DNA from: Enoplolaimus lenunculus
Lineage: Eukaryota
Direction: 5' to 3'
Assembly: GCA_030248215.1 (NCBI GenBank)
Contig: JASANG010003696.1
Span: 1-64,000 of the forward strand
Length of the DNA stretch: 64,000 nt
Position 1 is the first letter of the stretch; every line of letters begins with the position of its first letter. The notes under the pieces were generated by a model that saw only the letters and a program-made list of their open reading frames with translations, was not told the DNA's origin and did not search any database. Positions 37,801 through 48,292 of this stretch are shown here, in pieces. The translations under genes were made by a program, and so were the position numbers.

Positions 37801-40133
37801 TCTAAAGATTGATTATCCACTCTTGCTTGTACGGATTTTACGTAAAAATTGACAATTATTTTGAGATAAAAAATATTTTGCAAGGACATAAAATGTCGCA
37901 AAATAAACATTAATTAATGGTTCGGCAAAAGTCTAGACACTCAAGTTCTCGCTTCTGACAATGCGTCGAGTACGCAGAAACAAGGGTATCTAGAAAACTA
38001 CAGAGGTGCTACAAACACCGAAAACTGACCAAAAGCCATATTCCGTGTTGGAATTTAAAACATTTTGTAACAGAACAATGCGATGGCTTCGTGTTTACCG
38101 TCACGAATGATCTTTTTAAACCCTACATGGCTTTGGACTCTTGGTTGAATACCAAAGAATTTTTTCTTTGCCAGATTTTATTTGTCTGTCCATTTTGGGG
38201 TCAGCTGCCGCGCACCTTCTTGACACCAATGGAAAAAATTGTTTCCGAGTGTCTGCTGAACGGACCTGCGTTTTAAACAGTTATATACCAGGATACAACC
38301 GGAGGGCTGCTTCCGACTCCGGTGCAAAATCAACATCCGGCTCCTGCAGGAAGTCGACCTCCGGCTCCGGCTCCGGTAGAATTTCCACCGAAGGTTCCGT
38401 CGATTTCAGTAATCCGGCTTCACTTCCGGCTTCTGCTCCGGCAACTTTTGCTGACCTCCGACTCCGACTCCTGCATTTTTCACCTCCGGTTGCACCCTCT
38501 TGTATAACGTCGCATGATAATTTCTACAGGTCATTTCATTTCGTTGGGTTACTGTTGGAAACGAGGGGAACTTGAACCGCGACAGCCAGCCGGTCGGCTT
38601 AAATTATGCGGTGCTTGTCGAGGTATTGTAGCACTGGACCCTGATTACTGGTTTCCGCCATATATCAACGTAGTCAACTGTGAAGATTCTGCATGTATAA
38701 TCAAAAATAACGGTAAGCGCCCGTATTCTAAAGTATGTGTGTAGCACCTATAACCAGTTGGTGATAGGTCATGTAACTTTCGAAGCAGTGAATGTTAAGG
38801 CTCAAAATTTTGCACCTTTGTCGTATATAATTTAGTTCTACTCATGTCGTATTTTTGAGTTTAACAACTGCAATAATTAGTGAGTTTGAAAACCTATTGT
38901 CGGTATATGTGCACGTAAGTGTATGTAAAGCAAATGTTGCCATGCCTGTGCACATATACCAGTATAAGAAGTTGTTGCAATGACCGCGTAGTGTAGTGGT
39001 GGCATGCTTGGTTCGAGCGCAAGAGGGCCGAGGTTCGGTTCCCGGCGTGGTCATTAACTTTGGCAAAACTTCAAACAGGGGTCGTGAAGACCGTATAGTA
39101 CCAACACCTATTACTAACTGATGATAATTAGTATGCTCATTTGAGAATATGGTCCAAGATTTTAACGTCAAACTCATTAAAGGTAGTTAAATCGAAAATT
39201 TTAGTAGGAACATTAGCGCCTTTATTGGAGCGTATTCAATCTTTCATTTCGAGATGCTATAACTCGTCGTTTATTTTAACTCATGTACGGAGTGTGAAAA
39301 TTAACATTGGTAATAAACGTTGTCTAAGTCGGCGTCTAGTTGTCAATGTCAATTTGCATAGTCCGTACATGAGTTATAAAGTTAATACAACACATAACTT
39401 CAAAATGTAATTTTTTGCGTGAAAAGTGTACGACAAAAGCCTAAGCCTAAACCAAGCCAAAAATAGCATAAGCTTTAGATTTTTTTGCTTGGCTTAGGCT
39501 TGGGTTTAGGCTTACGTAGAAATATGCTCATTCTTACGCTTACGCTTAGGCTTAGGCTTAGGATAAGGAATATGCTTATAATACTGTTCCGCCACTGTTC
39601 TTTACATTGGTCAACAATTCTAACATATATACGCAGTGCAAAAACTCTTCAAGACGCGAGAGCCCCCTCGGGTTCGAGCGTCAAGCTCCTATAGCTGAGT
39701 GATCATCGTAAGCACCTCCCACCCGAGAGATTGGTGATCGAATCTTACCTTGAAAGTACTTCTCATCTGAAATTGAAAATATTCATGTGAGATAGGGTTA
39801 AACTTTACTAGTCGACTTGGTTGCAATATTTTCAACCGAAACCAACATCTTTCGTGCAAAAACTGTCACAACAACGCAAATAAAAATCTTTTTATAGAAC
39901 AATGAATAAACAACACTTTGGCGGCGTTCTAACTTTAATTATATAGATTTTCAGTCGTTCATGGACGATGTATTCAATCGCATACGTATTTAACTGTTTT
40001 ACACAATGTTGGCAGTGTGGATTGTCCAAAATGGACAGAACACGGGGTTCGTGTCCCCATCTGTTGCGAGTGTGTTCTTCACGCTAGTTCACAACTATTT
40101 GAAGCGTTTATTAATCAAAATAATAGAAATTAA
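34889..40133 (+). CDS. Cystine-knot growth factor of the Trunk/PTTH/Noggin-like class (probably secreted); 5' exons unresolved
   Basis: Exons 34889-35035, 36593-36775, 37323-37494, 38530-38712, 39955-40133 are phase-consistent. N-terminal DQCETMSNSELKTRL..GKFTNKFMA resembles the Trunk prodomain motif; basic processing sites (KRR, RSSR); C-terminal LCGAC..LDPDYWFPPYINVVNC..C..GRCIQ..VLHNVG..CPKW..VPICCEC. Candidate upstream exon 34735-34786. Confidence 0.8.
35062..35097 (+). repeat. Perfect (TTAGGC)6 interstitial telomeric repeat
   Basis: Six perfect hexamers ~26 bp into an intron, without MITE termini. Confidence 0.9.
35173..35430. mobile_element. CACTG-ended MITE rich in GAGTTGA/TCAACTC motifs
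   Basis: CACTGTAAATT ... AATTTACAGTG. Fragments at ~5583-5680, ~13490, ~48900-48950 and ~52180-52310. Confidence 0.7.
35785..36047 (+). mobile_element. piggyBac-like MITE (TTAA-CCC...GGG-TTAA) carrying a tRNA-like Pol III module
   Basis: TTAA at 35781-35784 and 36048-36051. TIR CCCCGTCTCAC / GTGAGAAAGGG. A-box-like TAACTGAGTGG and B-box-like GGAGTTCGAATCC at 35935-36000. Confidence 0.8.
36082..36343 (+). mobile_element. Second adjacent copy of the piggyBac-like tRNA-bearing MITE
   Basis: Highly similar to 35785-36047. Diverged copies at ~39615-39801 and ~48600-48880. Confidence 0.8.
38982..39053 (+). pseudogene. 72-nt tRNA-like sequence (pseudo-tRNA or SINE head), nominal anticodon CGA
   Basis: Acceptor stem GACCGCG/CGTGGTC and D stem GTGT/GCAT pair. 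Anticodon stem has 1 mismatch, T stem 2 mismatches. Short variable loop is inconsistent with a true tRNA-Ser. Confidence 0.6.
39471..39612 (+). mobile_element. Family A TTAGGC MITE, right part
   Basis: TTAGGC blocks, AATATGCTCATTCTTACGC spacer, right TIR ...CTGTTCTTTACATTGGTC. Confidence 0.8.
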
Positions 40134-40309
40134 GGCCCCAGTTACTTTTACGGCCGTAACCATACATTAAACGTATTCCTAAGCCTAAGCCTATAGCGTT
40201 GAAACAGTGTATTCCTAAGCCTAAAGTACCAATTATAGTCTAGAATGCAAGCCGATTTTTCTTGCAGATCCACAAGGATCCGGACAGCCCTAAAAGTATT
40301 ACGGTGGCC
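40134..40309 (-). mobile_element. TTAGGC-bearing MITE, family B, inserted at the stop codon of the cystine-knot gene
   Basis: GGCC termini. Perfect 8-bp TSD GAAATTAA at 40126-40133 and 40310-40317, containing the TAA stop. Confidence 0.85.
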
Positions 40310-40829
40310 GAAATTAAAATAATCACGGGTTGCATTTAAAGGTTGTTAGGAACGTTACGCGGGGACACCAGTTTTTCTGGCTTTCTACAATAAAAGAAAA
40401 GGTGTGTGAATATAGCTAAAAGTAATTGATTACATCGCAGAATTCTGTGTAGAAAAGAATGCATTGTATTGTACGCAGTATCTTGATAAAGAATTGTGTC
40501 AAACTAATGAAACGCTATTTTAAACGCTTTTGGCTGCTTCAAACAGCATTTTTCTGAACGTTTTTCTATTGCAAGCGGATAAACGGCAAATTGAATCGCT
40601 TGCGTTTTAAAACTGCACCAGATTTAGTCTAAAGCTCAAGCTTAATCTATTACAGTCCCACAGTAAAACGTTCTGCCGCTGATCTTTACATGCGCTCAAA
40701 ACAGTACATATAGTTTAAAATCAAAATTGAACAAGTTTCCGATGATCGTGCAACAAAGTCGCATTTACAGCTTGCACTATTCCTTCAGAAATTGCCGCGA
40801 GATGGAAATGAACTTTTATTTCTTTATGC

Positions 40830-41075
40830 GACCCATGTTACTTTTAAGGCCGTCCCGGTTTCTGGCGGGTCTGTAAAAGAGTAGGCTTACATCCTGGACT
40901 ACATTTTTGGCTTAGACTTAGACTTATGCTTAGACTTAGGCTGAGGAATACGCTTTTGCAACGCTTATAGGCGTAAGCTTAGGCTTAGGAATACGCTTTT
41001 CCAAGACTTAAGCGTAGGCTTAGGCTTCGGAATACGCTATAATCTACTGTTACGACCTTAAAAGCGACATTGGCT
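40830..41075 (+). mobile_element. Family B TTAGGC MITE
   Basis: GACCCATGTTACTTTTAAGG ... CCTTAAAAGCGACATTGGCT. TTAGGC blocks separated by AATACGCT. Confidence 0.8.
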
Positions 41076-41224
41076 CTTTTTTCAATAACCTCACTTTGAA
41101 CATGAATTTGAAGATTGTAGCAGGTCATAGTTGAAGCCCTATAGAGAACAAAGTTTAATAAACGTTGTTAAACACCGAGATTGAGTTGTCTAAGGTAGTA
41201 GCTACCATGTCCGTATCGTTCGAG

Positions 41225-44200
41225 TTATTCCGTTTTGCTTCGACTCGAACCAGTTGAAGGGAAGATAACAAACAATGCAAGTTGTACGGCACCAAGCATA
41301 GCGCCAATAGCATTTGGGGCCTAAAACGTTTGTATTTTAGCAAAGTATTGCACATTACCCATGCATAGACAATCCAACCAACCTAGTGATATCAGGATTC
41401 AACAGAAGGTCTGCCTCCGGCTTGGGCGGAAAATTGATCTCCAAACTCCGGTGAAATTTTTACTTAAAGTTTTGGAATTTCGGTAGTGAAATTTTGTGGC
41501 CTATGTATTTGATCAGAAACCGACCATTATCCCGTGGGATTGTTATTGGGCAAGCTTAAACTTTCAGCTTAGGCTAAGGCTAACGAATATGCTCTTACAA
41601 CTGTACCGGCCCTGTTGTATATATTTATATGACCAAATTTGTCATAGTTTTACAGCAAATTGTATCGCTCGGTATGTTTGGTTTCAACTTTTGGTACAAG
41701 TTTGCGGAATTAATTGTTGGTATATTTAAAAAATAAGACTAAAACATCATTTTTAGAATACTACAGATATTTGCTGAAATTATACCAGATTAAACAATGT
41801 TTTAACAACATTTGCTTCATCTCAGGTTCTTGTTTTTGCACATCCGGTTTCACTATTATCGTTGCAAGAAACAAAATCTGCTTGTATATGCATATGCCAA
41901 GTCGCGTTTAGAGATTACACACTGGGTGTCATTTTAAATTCTGATTGCTTTTGGTTTAATAAGACGCCAAGCCTAACTGAGTATGACGCTAATTAGTCAA
42001 AGGCTAGCTTGCTAATCTGGCAATCTGTAAACGGCACGTTTGAATTTTCCGTGATATAGAACCCATGAGCTCATAACTTTGGAATTCAAACCCCCACGAA
42101 AGAGGCATGTCTGAATAATGCACAGCTTTGTGTGGCGTTAGTCAGTAGCTATCTTCTAAACCGAGTACCCAGCACTATTGAAACAGTTGCATAATAAAAA
42201 CTATTTTTAGATTCGTTTGTTTTACGTTAATAGCAACCAGATTGTGGGTCAGGGTACTTCCCTTGCAGCAACAAGTTAAACGTGCTTGGGAAACAATAAT
42301 TGAGGTTCGGAAACGCAAAAAAACGCAAAATCGTGTTTCGGATATCCGAAATAGAAAATTTAATTTCGGATGTCCGGATATCTGGATAAATATTCAGTAA
42401 GAATTGCCGGATATTGGGATATGAAAAAATATCCGACGCCCATCACTAATATATGGGTAATCAGTATTTTAAATTTGAATCTTAGGCGCTCAATATACGA
42501 CTGATAATCAACATCATATATATGTGAACACGAAACTAGGACAATATATTTTGATTTCAAATAATTTACAAATCTTGGACAAACTGTTTTCCAGGTGCAA
42601 GCATATCAATCGGGTACCAGAGCCTTAGGTTTCCTTTTCTTGCGGATGACCTTGTATTTATCCAGGTTCAAGTTTTAAATCGTATTGTTTTGATGCAAAA
42701 CTTACCCAAACCACTGCATCGTGTATGATCCATCCGTACAGGGACCACTCGAGACCATTAATAAATGTCACTAAAATCAACGGAAACGGTAGATTTTCGG
42801 TCGATTGTAAGCGAATGACATCGTTCTAAACATTATCCAGCACCGCAATCGAGATTAACAAAAATTCCAAGACATAAACGCTTTAGGAATTGAATAACAT
42901 ACAGCTGCAAGTTTTTCCAATGAATTTTTGAACAAAACTTGCACCTGCAAGCTTCAGCTGCAAGAAGCATTCAAGCGTAAAGAAAGCTTTAGTTCAACAT
43001 TTTTTACTTTTAAACCGTTTTCATACAGATACGATTTTTATTTTGCGCTTAAACATTTAAATCTTATCCCATCACTATCGCCGTAATGTATTGACCCGAA
43101 TAAAAGGGGGGTAATAAGAGGGGGGCCCATTTTGGGTCCGAATCGATAGGAGTACGTATTCCTAATAAGAGTCCATAAGCGGATAGAATCTCTAAACCCT
43201 AATTAGAGTTCATAAATGTCAATTAACCATAATTGTAGCGCATGAATTACTTCAGGGCCAAATAATTTGAGTTCGAAACTTTAAAGCGTACGTAAATTTT
43301 GAAAGTACATTACTAAGTATAACCTTAATAAACGTTTAATTGATCGGATAATGGCAGTACCGGATATATATCAGTAACGAAGGGCGGCGGAGCGTGGGTT
43401 AAAAATAAATAACAGACCGTAACCGAGGGGGTTCCCTCTGGAGAGGCCAAATAAATATCAGTCCCTCTTCTTTTATTCGGGTCACTACAATACATTGCGA
43501 AATATCAAACAAATTTGATATTTAAATTAATTCAAGCTTCTTCAATAAATACAAAATGTCTGAATTCAAGAAGCAGCCAGTAACACAGTTTTCGATTGAC
43601 CAATCGAAATGCAAGCGAAACAAATTCAAGCGACTTGCAACTGCGTTCCACACTTGCACATGTAAATAGTGCTTTAGTTTTACTTGGGTAATAAATTACG
43701 CATCAAAGCGTTTTTTCTTCAAGAACAATTAGATATCTCGCTTTGCGTACACTGCAAAAAATGGTGAGCCAAATTAACTCTCACCGACATACTTTTCTTG
43801 ACTACACAGACTGAGTCAAAATCGACTCCGCCAGAGTCAAACGTGCGAATCAGTGAATCAAATTTGACACTGGCGTTTGCGAATTTTGACTCAGTTTGCG
43901 CAGTCCCTAAAAACCTATTTCAGAGACAGTCAATTTGACTCACCACTTTTTTGCAGTGTAACCATTCTTACTAATTCAGCTAACGGAGCTCCCATGGTAA
44001 CCAAATTGACAACAGTACATATGGCACCCAACACCTCGGTTTGATATTCACTCCAGCGAACAATAATGACTATCGTTGCTGTGATAATAAGAAGCACAAT
44101 CAGGTGTTTGAGAAATTTAGTCTGAAAATTTGGAATAGTTACCGGTACGCGACATAATATATATACTAGTCAACGTGGTTGCAATATTTGCAAACTGACA

Positions 44201-47200
44201 TTTTATAAAGGTTCACGTCGCAATTTGAAACTAATTCGAAACAATATGTTAGAATATAAAATACGTCTTAATAAAATATACGCATAATTTTAAAAGGAAG
44301 ATGTTAATACCTTGAGTTTGGCAAACAAATAATAAGCGATCAGGTACGCAACGCTAAGAGCACAACCAATTGCATTACATATTGCAAGTGTGCTATTACT
44401 CGATAGCAGTCCGTAATACAGGTAAACGAAACTGCTAAAAAATTGTTAAAATGCACCGGTCAATGTTACTTTAAGGGTCGTAACAGTAGATTAAGCGTAT
44501 TCCTAAGCCTAAGTTGAAGCCTTAGCATAAGCAAAAGTGTAATCTAGAATCTAAACCAACTATTTTATAGACCCACCAGAAACCTGGACGCCGCTTAAAG
44601 TAACATGGGCCAAATGCACTATTAGTTAAAATTGAACGAATATGTTTAGTTGCAATTCAAGAGTCGAATACAGGGGCCACGGGGTACGCCTTCTATTTTA
44701 GTCGAACGTTTCACTAAGGATTACAATACATAGGTGATGTTCCTATGTGATTCACATTTATTGGCGGCGGAACATATTAAAAGCGATAGGGCAAAATGAC
44801 AAATTTGTCCCAAGATTAAACTTTAGATGTCGGGGTACAAATTTTACCAAAACAACATTTCCGGGTTTGGGCCCACGTAAAGATCAAGGGCGAAATATAC
44901 TTCTGTTGGACTAGAATGGAATAAGCTTAAGCTTTAGGCTATTTTTTGCATGGCTTAGGCTTAGGCTTTAGGGTTAGACTTAGGAATAAACTGATTCCTA
45001 CGCTTAGGCTTAGGCTTAGGCTTAGGCTTAGGCTTGTGAAAAAGCTTATAAAATAGTTCCGCCCCTGTTCTTTACATTGTCCGGGGTTTGATAAATTAAG
45101 AACTATCGAAATTATTCAGCTACGGTAAAGTTAGTTAACACAAGTTCGCTTTAAGAGCGTCATTGTCCTAAAAATCAAATTTTTAAACTGATAATTCAGA
45201 GGTTGACCCGTGGACGGGACTAAGTTGCCATCCCCTGTTTTCGCAAATGCTGTATTTGACCTAAACGTCAGGAACTGATTTGCTGGTTCAACGGCGTCCC
45301 AATAGGGGGCCTTGGGTGACCTTGCTCTTCGCCAAATTTGGCTACAGCCTTCCCTCAAAATGGACTCGGTGTAAAAGTAAACAATTTCGAATTGCAATTG
45401 TAGGCCCGTCCCAAATATAAATTTCTGCGGACACCCCTGGGCAGGTTCTAGGACTGCCACGATTCTCTAGTATTTGAACATTTTCACAGGTAAGTGTACC
45501 GGTAGTTATGGATGTTTCAGGCGAGCAGATTTTTTCGAGCCATATTTCGGGGAACCATGTTACTGATCATCCTATAGCCTAAATTACCCGTTTGAGACTA
45601 TTTAAAGTGATTTCGATTTGTAATATATTTCGCCTAAGCTGGAAACAATACCTAAGCTAAACTTTAATTTAAGATAAGAATTAATCTCGAAACCTTTGGA
45701 TTATGGATAAACCGCGTAATAACGCACGCAGTCCCGTGTCAGCTCACCTTCCTAGGGGAGCTAAAAAATTTTCAGGAAGGGCATTCAAGGATTTTTTAAT
45801 CAGTTACAAGCAAGGTTGAAAATTTTATAAAGGGCAAAATTTTTCCAGGGCGGCTGAGCCCCCCATGGCCCACCCCGTTGGCTACGGGACCGAATGCACG
45901 CCCGCTTTCGGTACAAATTCTTTGATTTTCCTCCGATTAATGTCAGCAACATTTTAGATCTGTAACAGTTCAACTGTTACAGTGGCAGATCCAAAAGAAC
46001 GGAGAACGTCCCAACTGATGTGAAAAAAGTTCAAAAGCGAAGCGATCCAGAAACCAAACGGAATTTAGAAATAATTTCTAACATTTTGAATTTGATGATT
46101 TTTAAGGACTCTGGTTAGTGCCCGATCTCAATGGGTCCGCCACTGCCGTAATTACCACAGGAATCCCATCGATAAAGGCAACGGAGCCAACAAATCAACT
46201 GCATTGGATTTGATTGTTTTGTACAGCGTAGGTCTGAAACAGATAAAATATATTTATTTCGTAGAAACAAAATCTATGAGAGGCACGCGGTTCACATTTA
46301 AAGCCATCTTCTTATCAGGGTATATTTTAGCTTAATGTGCTCTTTCTCCGACGTTTACGCTTTGGCTTTAGGCTTAGAACAAGCCTTACCTATGCGTAAG
46401 CATAAGCCTAGGCCTAGCTCTAGCATGAATTTGTGCTAAACCTAAACTGCTTAAGCCCAAGCTTAAATATTAACCTTACGTTGAGGGAAGTATACCAAAG
46501 CCCTAAGCCTAAACCTAAATCTTACCCTTATTTAAAGGGAAGTGTACAACCGTAAGCTTGAATTTGATTTGGTTTGTCTCCGATTCTATCAAATGTCGTG
46601 CTTCCTTCAAACTATTATACTTGAGTCGCTTTACGTTCCCAGAAGAAGGAAGCGCATTGAAATATACCTACGCTTAATCGTACCAACATCAGCCCAACCT
46701 TTGGTTGTGTCCCGTTTTCAGCGGCGGATACAGAGGAACCGAAAATGTACCTCTTTTCAACAGTTAAGACATCTGTATTTTTCCATGTATACTACTGTTT
46801 AAAACGGACGCTCTGAGTTGAATTGCGTCATTTTATGCGTTTGATGACTGGTTTAGAGCATTTAATTTACTATTACTTTCGCGACACAAATGTATGAGGA
46901 AACTCTTTCTGCAACAACCAAACTTTTTGAATCAATTTTGTGCTTTTTATCTTTCAGGTGGGAGGCTGTGGCATCCTTGAACTTTCCGCATGTTGTGAGA
47001 ACACTAAGAATGATGGGGTTCTCGCCCCACAACCCCTTATTAATTTGTTCATTAGTCAGACAGCAGAATCGCTGCTAAAGTACTTTTGGACTGTTTTGGT
47101 GTATGATAAGAAATCGTTTACCGAAAATAGTTTGAATTCCAAAGCTATAAGCTCATGGGTTCTTTGTGATGGGAAATTCAAGTGTGCCCTTTACAGATTT

Positions 47201-47870
47201 CCCGATTTGCAAGCTAGCCTTTTACTAATTAGCATAAAATACTCAGTTAGGCTTGGTGTCCTGTTAAATGAAGAGCGATCAAAATTTGAAATGACGGCCA
47301 GAGTGTAATCTCGTGACGCGACTCGGTATATGTATATAAGTAGATTTTCTTTCTAGCAAAGGTATTAAATTTAGTACTTGACGGTGCGTATTCGAAGCTA
47401 ATTTTTTGCTGTGTAAATTTTGAGATAATTTAAAAATACGAAGTCATTATTCTCATAAAATATAAAGCTCAACTGAAGTTTTTTAATTTTGTCCTGTATT
47501 TGAAATCAAACTCTTAAATGATCGTGGAATTATGCAGGTATGTGATTCAATATTTTAACTCAGGTTTGAATACAGAATTTGTTTTCGTCAACTCTAGTTA
47601 CTTTAACGGTGAAACGATGCGAATTTTTTCAAAATTTGTTTCACAATAGCATTTCTCGAATCCGGCCGATATCCGGATATTTGGTTATCCAGATACACGT
47701 TTGTTTTAGTTACATATCCGGATATTTTTCATATCCGGAGATCAGGTGGTCATGTATAATATGTAATATACAATAAAACTATATATATACGCATAAACTT
47801 ACATCGGAGATAAAAATAACACGTATGTTGTCAATGGTGTTATAACTTCTAATGCACTCAAAAGTTCCAT
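41225..47870 (-). CDS. SLC50A1: SWEET sugar transporter (SLC50A1/SWEET1-like), 211 aa, 6 exons
   Basis: Exons 47870-47803, 46233-46156, 44434-44311, 44121-43972, 42825-42706, 41320-41225 are phase-consistent. Motifs LFLSPIPT, YGLL, CNAIG, GAPLAEL-NDVIRLQSTENLPFPL, WSLYG, PNAIG..QLALF match two MtN3/saliva repeats. Confidence 0.93.
41498..41634 (+). mobile_element. Degenerate family A-like MITE
   Basis: GGCCTATGTA..GATCAG..GTGGGATTG..AAGCTTAAACTT..TTAGGCTAAGGC..AATATGCTC..GGCCCTGTT. Confidence 0.6.
43086..43490. mobile_element. TA-flanked MITE, second copy of 15761-16199
   Basis: TIR TGTA(G/T)TGACCCGAATAA, TA on both sides, colinear interior. Confidence 0.82.
43750..43958. mobile_element. 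CACTG-ended MITE with 2-bp TA duplication (CMC/EnSpm-like)
   Basis: TA-CACTGCAAAAAATGGTGAGCCAAATT ... AATTTGACTCACCACTTTTTTGCAGTG-TA. Confidence 0.8.
44458..44611 (-). mobile_element. Family B TTAGGC MITE in SWEET intron
   Basis: GGTCAATGTTACTTTAAG ... CTTAAAGTAACATGGGCC. Flanks AAATGCAC(C) / AAATGCAC(T). Confidence 0.85.
44870..45082 (+). mobile_element. Family A TTAGGC MITE in SWEET intron
   Basis: Both TIRs present, (TTAGGC)5 block. Flanks CGGGTTTG / GGGGTTTG. Confidence 0.9.
45980..46145. repeat. Short element with CAGTGGC(G/A)GA(T/C)CC inverted ends
   Basis: CAGTGGCAGATCC ... GGGTCCGCCACTG. A similar end GATCCGCCACTG occurs at ~7393. Confidence 0.6.
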
Positions 47871-47984
47871 AACGCTACCTTTAAGGTTAAACCTAAAAAT
47901 TCAGCGCTATGGCTTCAAATCAGCGAATTTGTTAAATTTTTAAGTTATATACGGTACGGCTGAAAATTTCAAAACTAAAATACA

Positions 47985-48292
47985 CTATCTCATTGGTTCG
48001 CGGTACAGCATCTCATTGGTCTGCTTAAAATACAACATCTCATTGGTCTGTGTAAAATACAGCAAGTAACTGGTCCGCGTAAAGTTCAGCATCTAATTGG
48101 TCTGCGTAAAATGCAGCATCTCATTGGTCCGCGTAAAATACATCATTTTATAAGTCTGTGTAAAATACAGCATCTCATTGGCCTGCGTAAAATACAACAT
48201 CTCATTGGTCCGCGTAAAATGCATCATTTTATTGGTCTTTGTAAAATACAGCATCTCATTGGCCTGCGTAAACAACAGCATCTCATTGGTCC
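47985..48292 (-). promoter_or_regulatory. 27-bp tandem array (~11 units) of CCAAT-box motifs upstream of the SWEET start codon
   Basis: Unit CATCTCATTGGTCCGCGTAAAATACAG, reading G(A/G)CCAATGAG on the gene strand. Lies 115-420 bp 5' of ATG 47870. The repeat is certain; the regulatory role is inferred. Confidence 0.6.

Noticed and set aside
46542..47308. Possible nested + strand exons in SWEET intron 1
   Set aside because: Acceptor-like sites exist but I could not build a coherent protein. Part of the region is an inverted copy of the repeat at ~41990-42090.
47871..47910. Spliced-leader-like GGTTTAA sequence upstream of the SWEET ATG (minus strand)
   Set aside because: The match to SL1 is limited to seven bases and no SL RNA structure is evident. 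At most a trans-splice acceptor (TTTTTAG).
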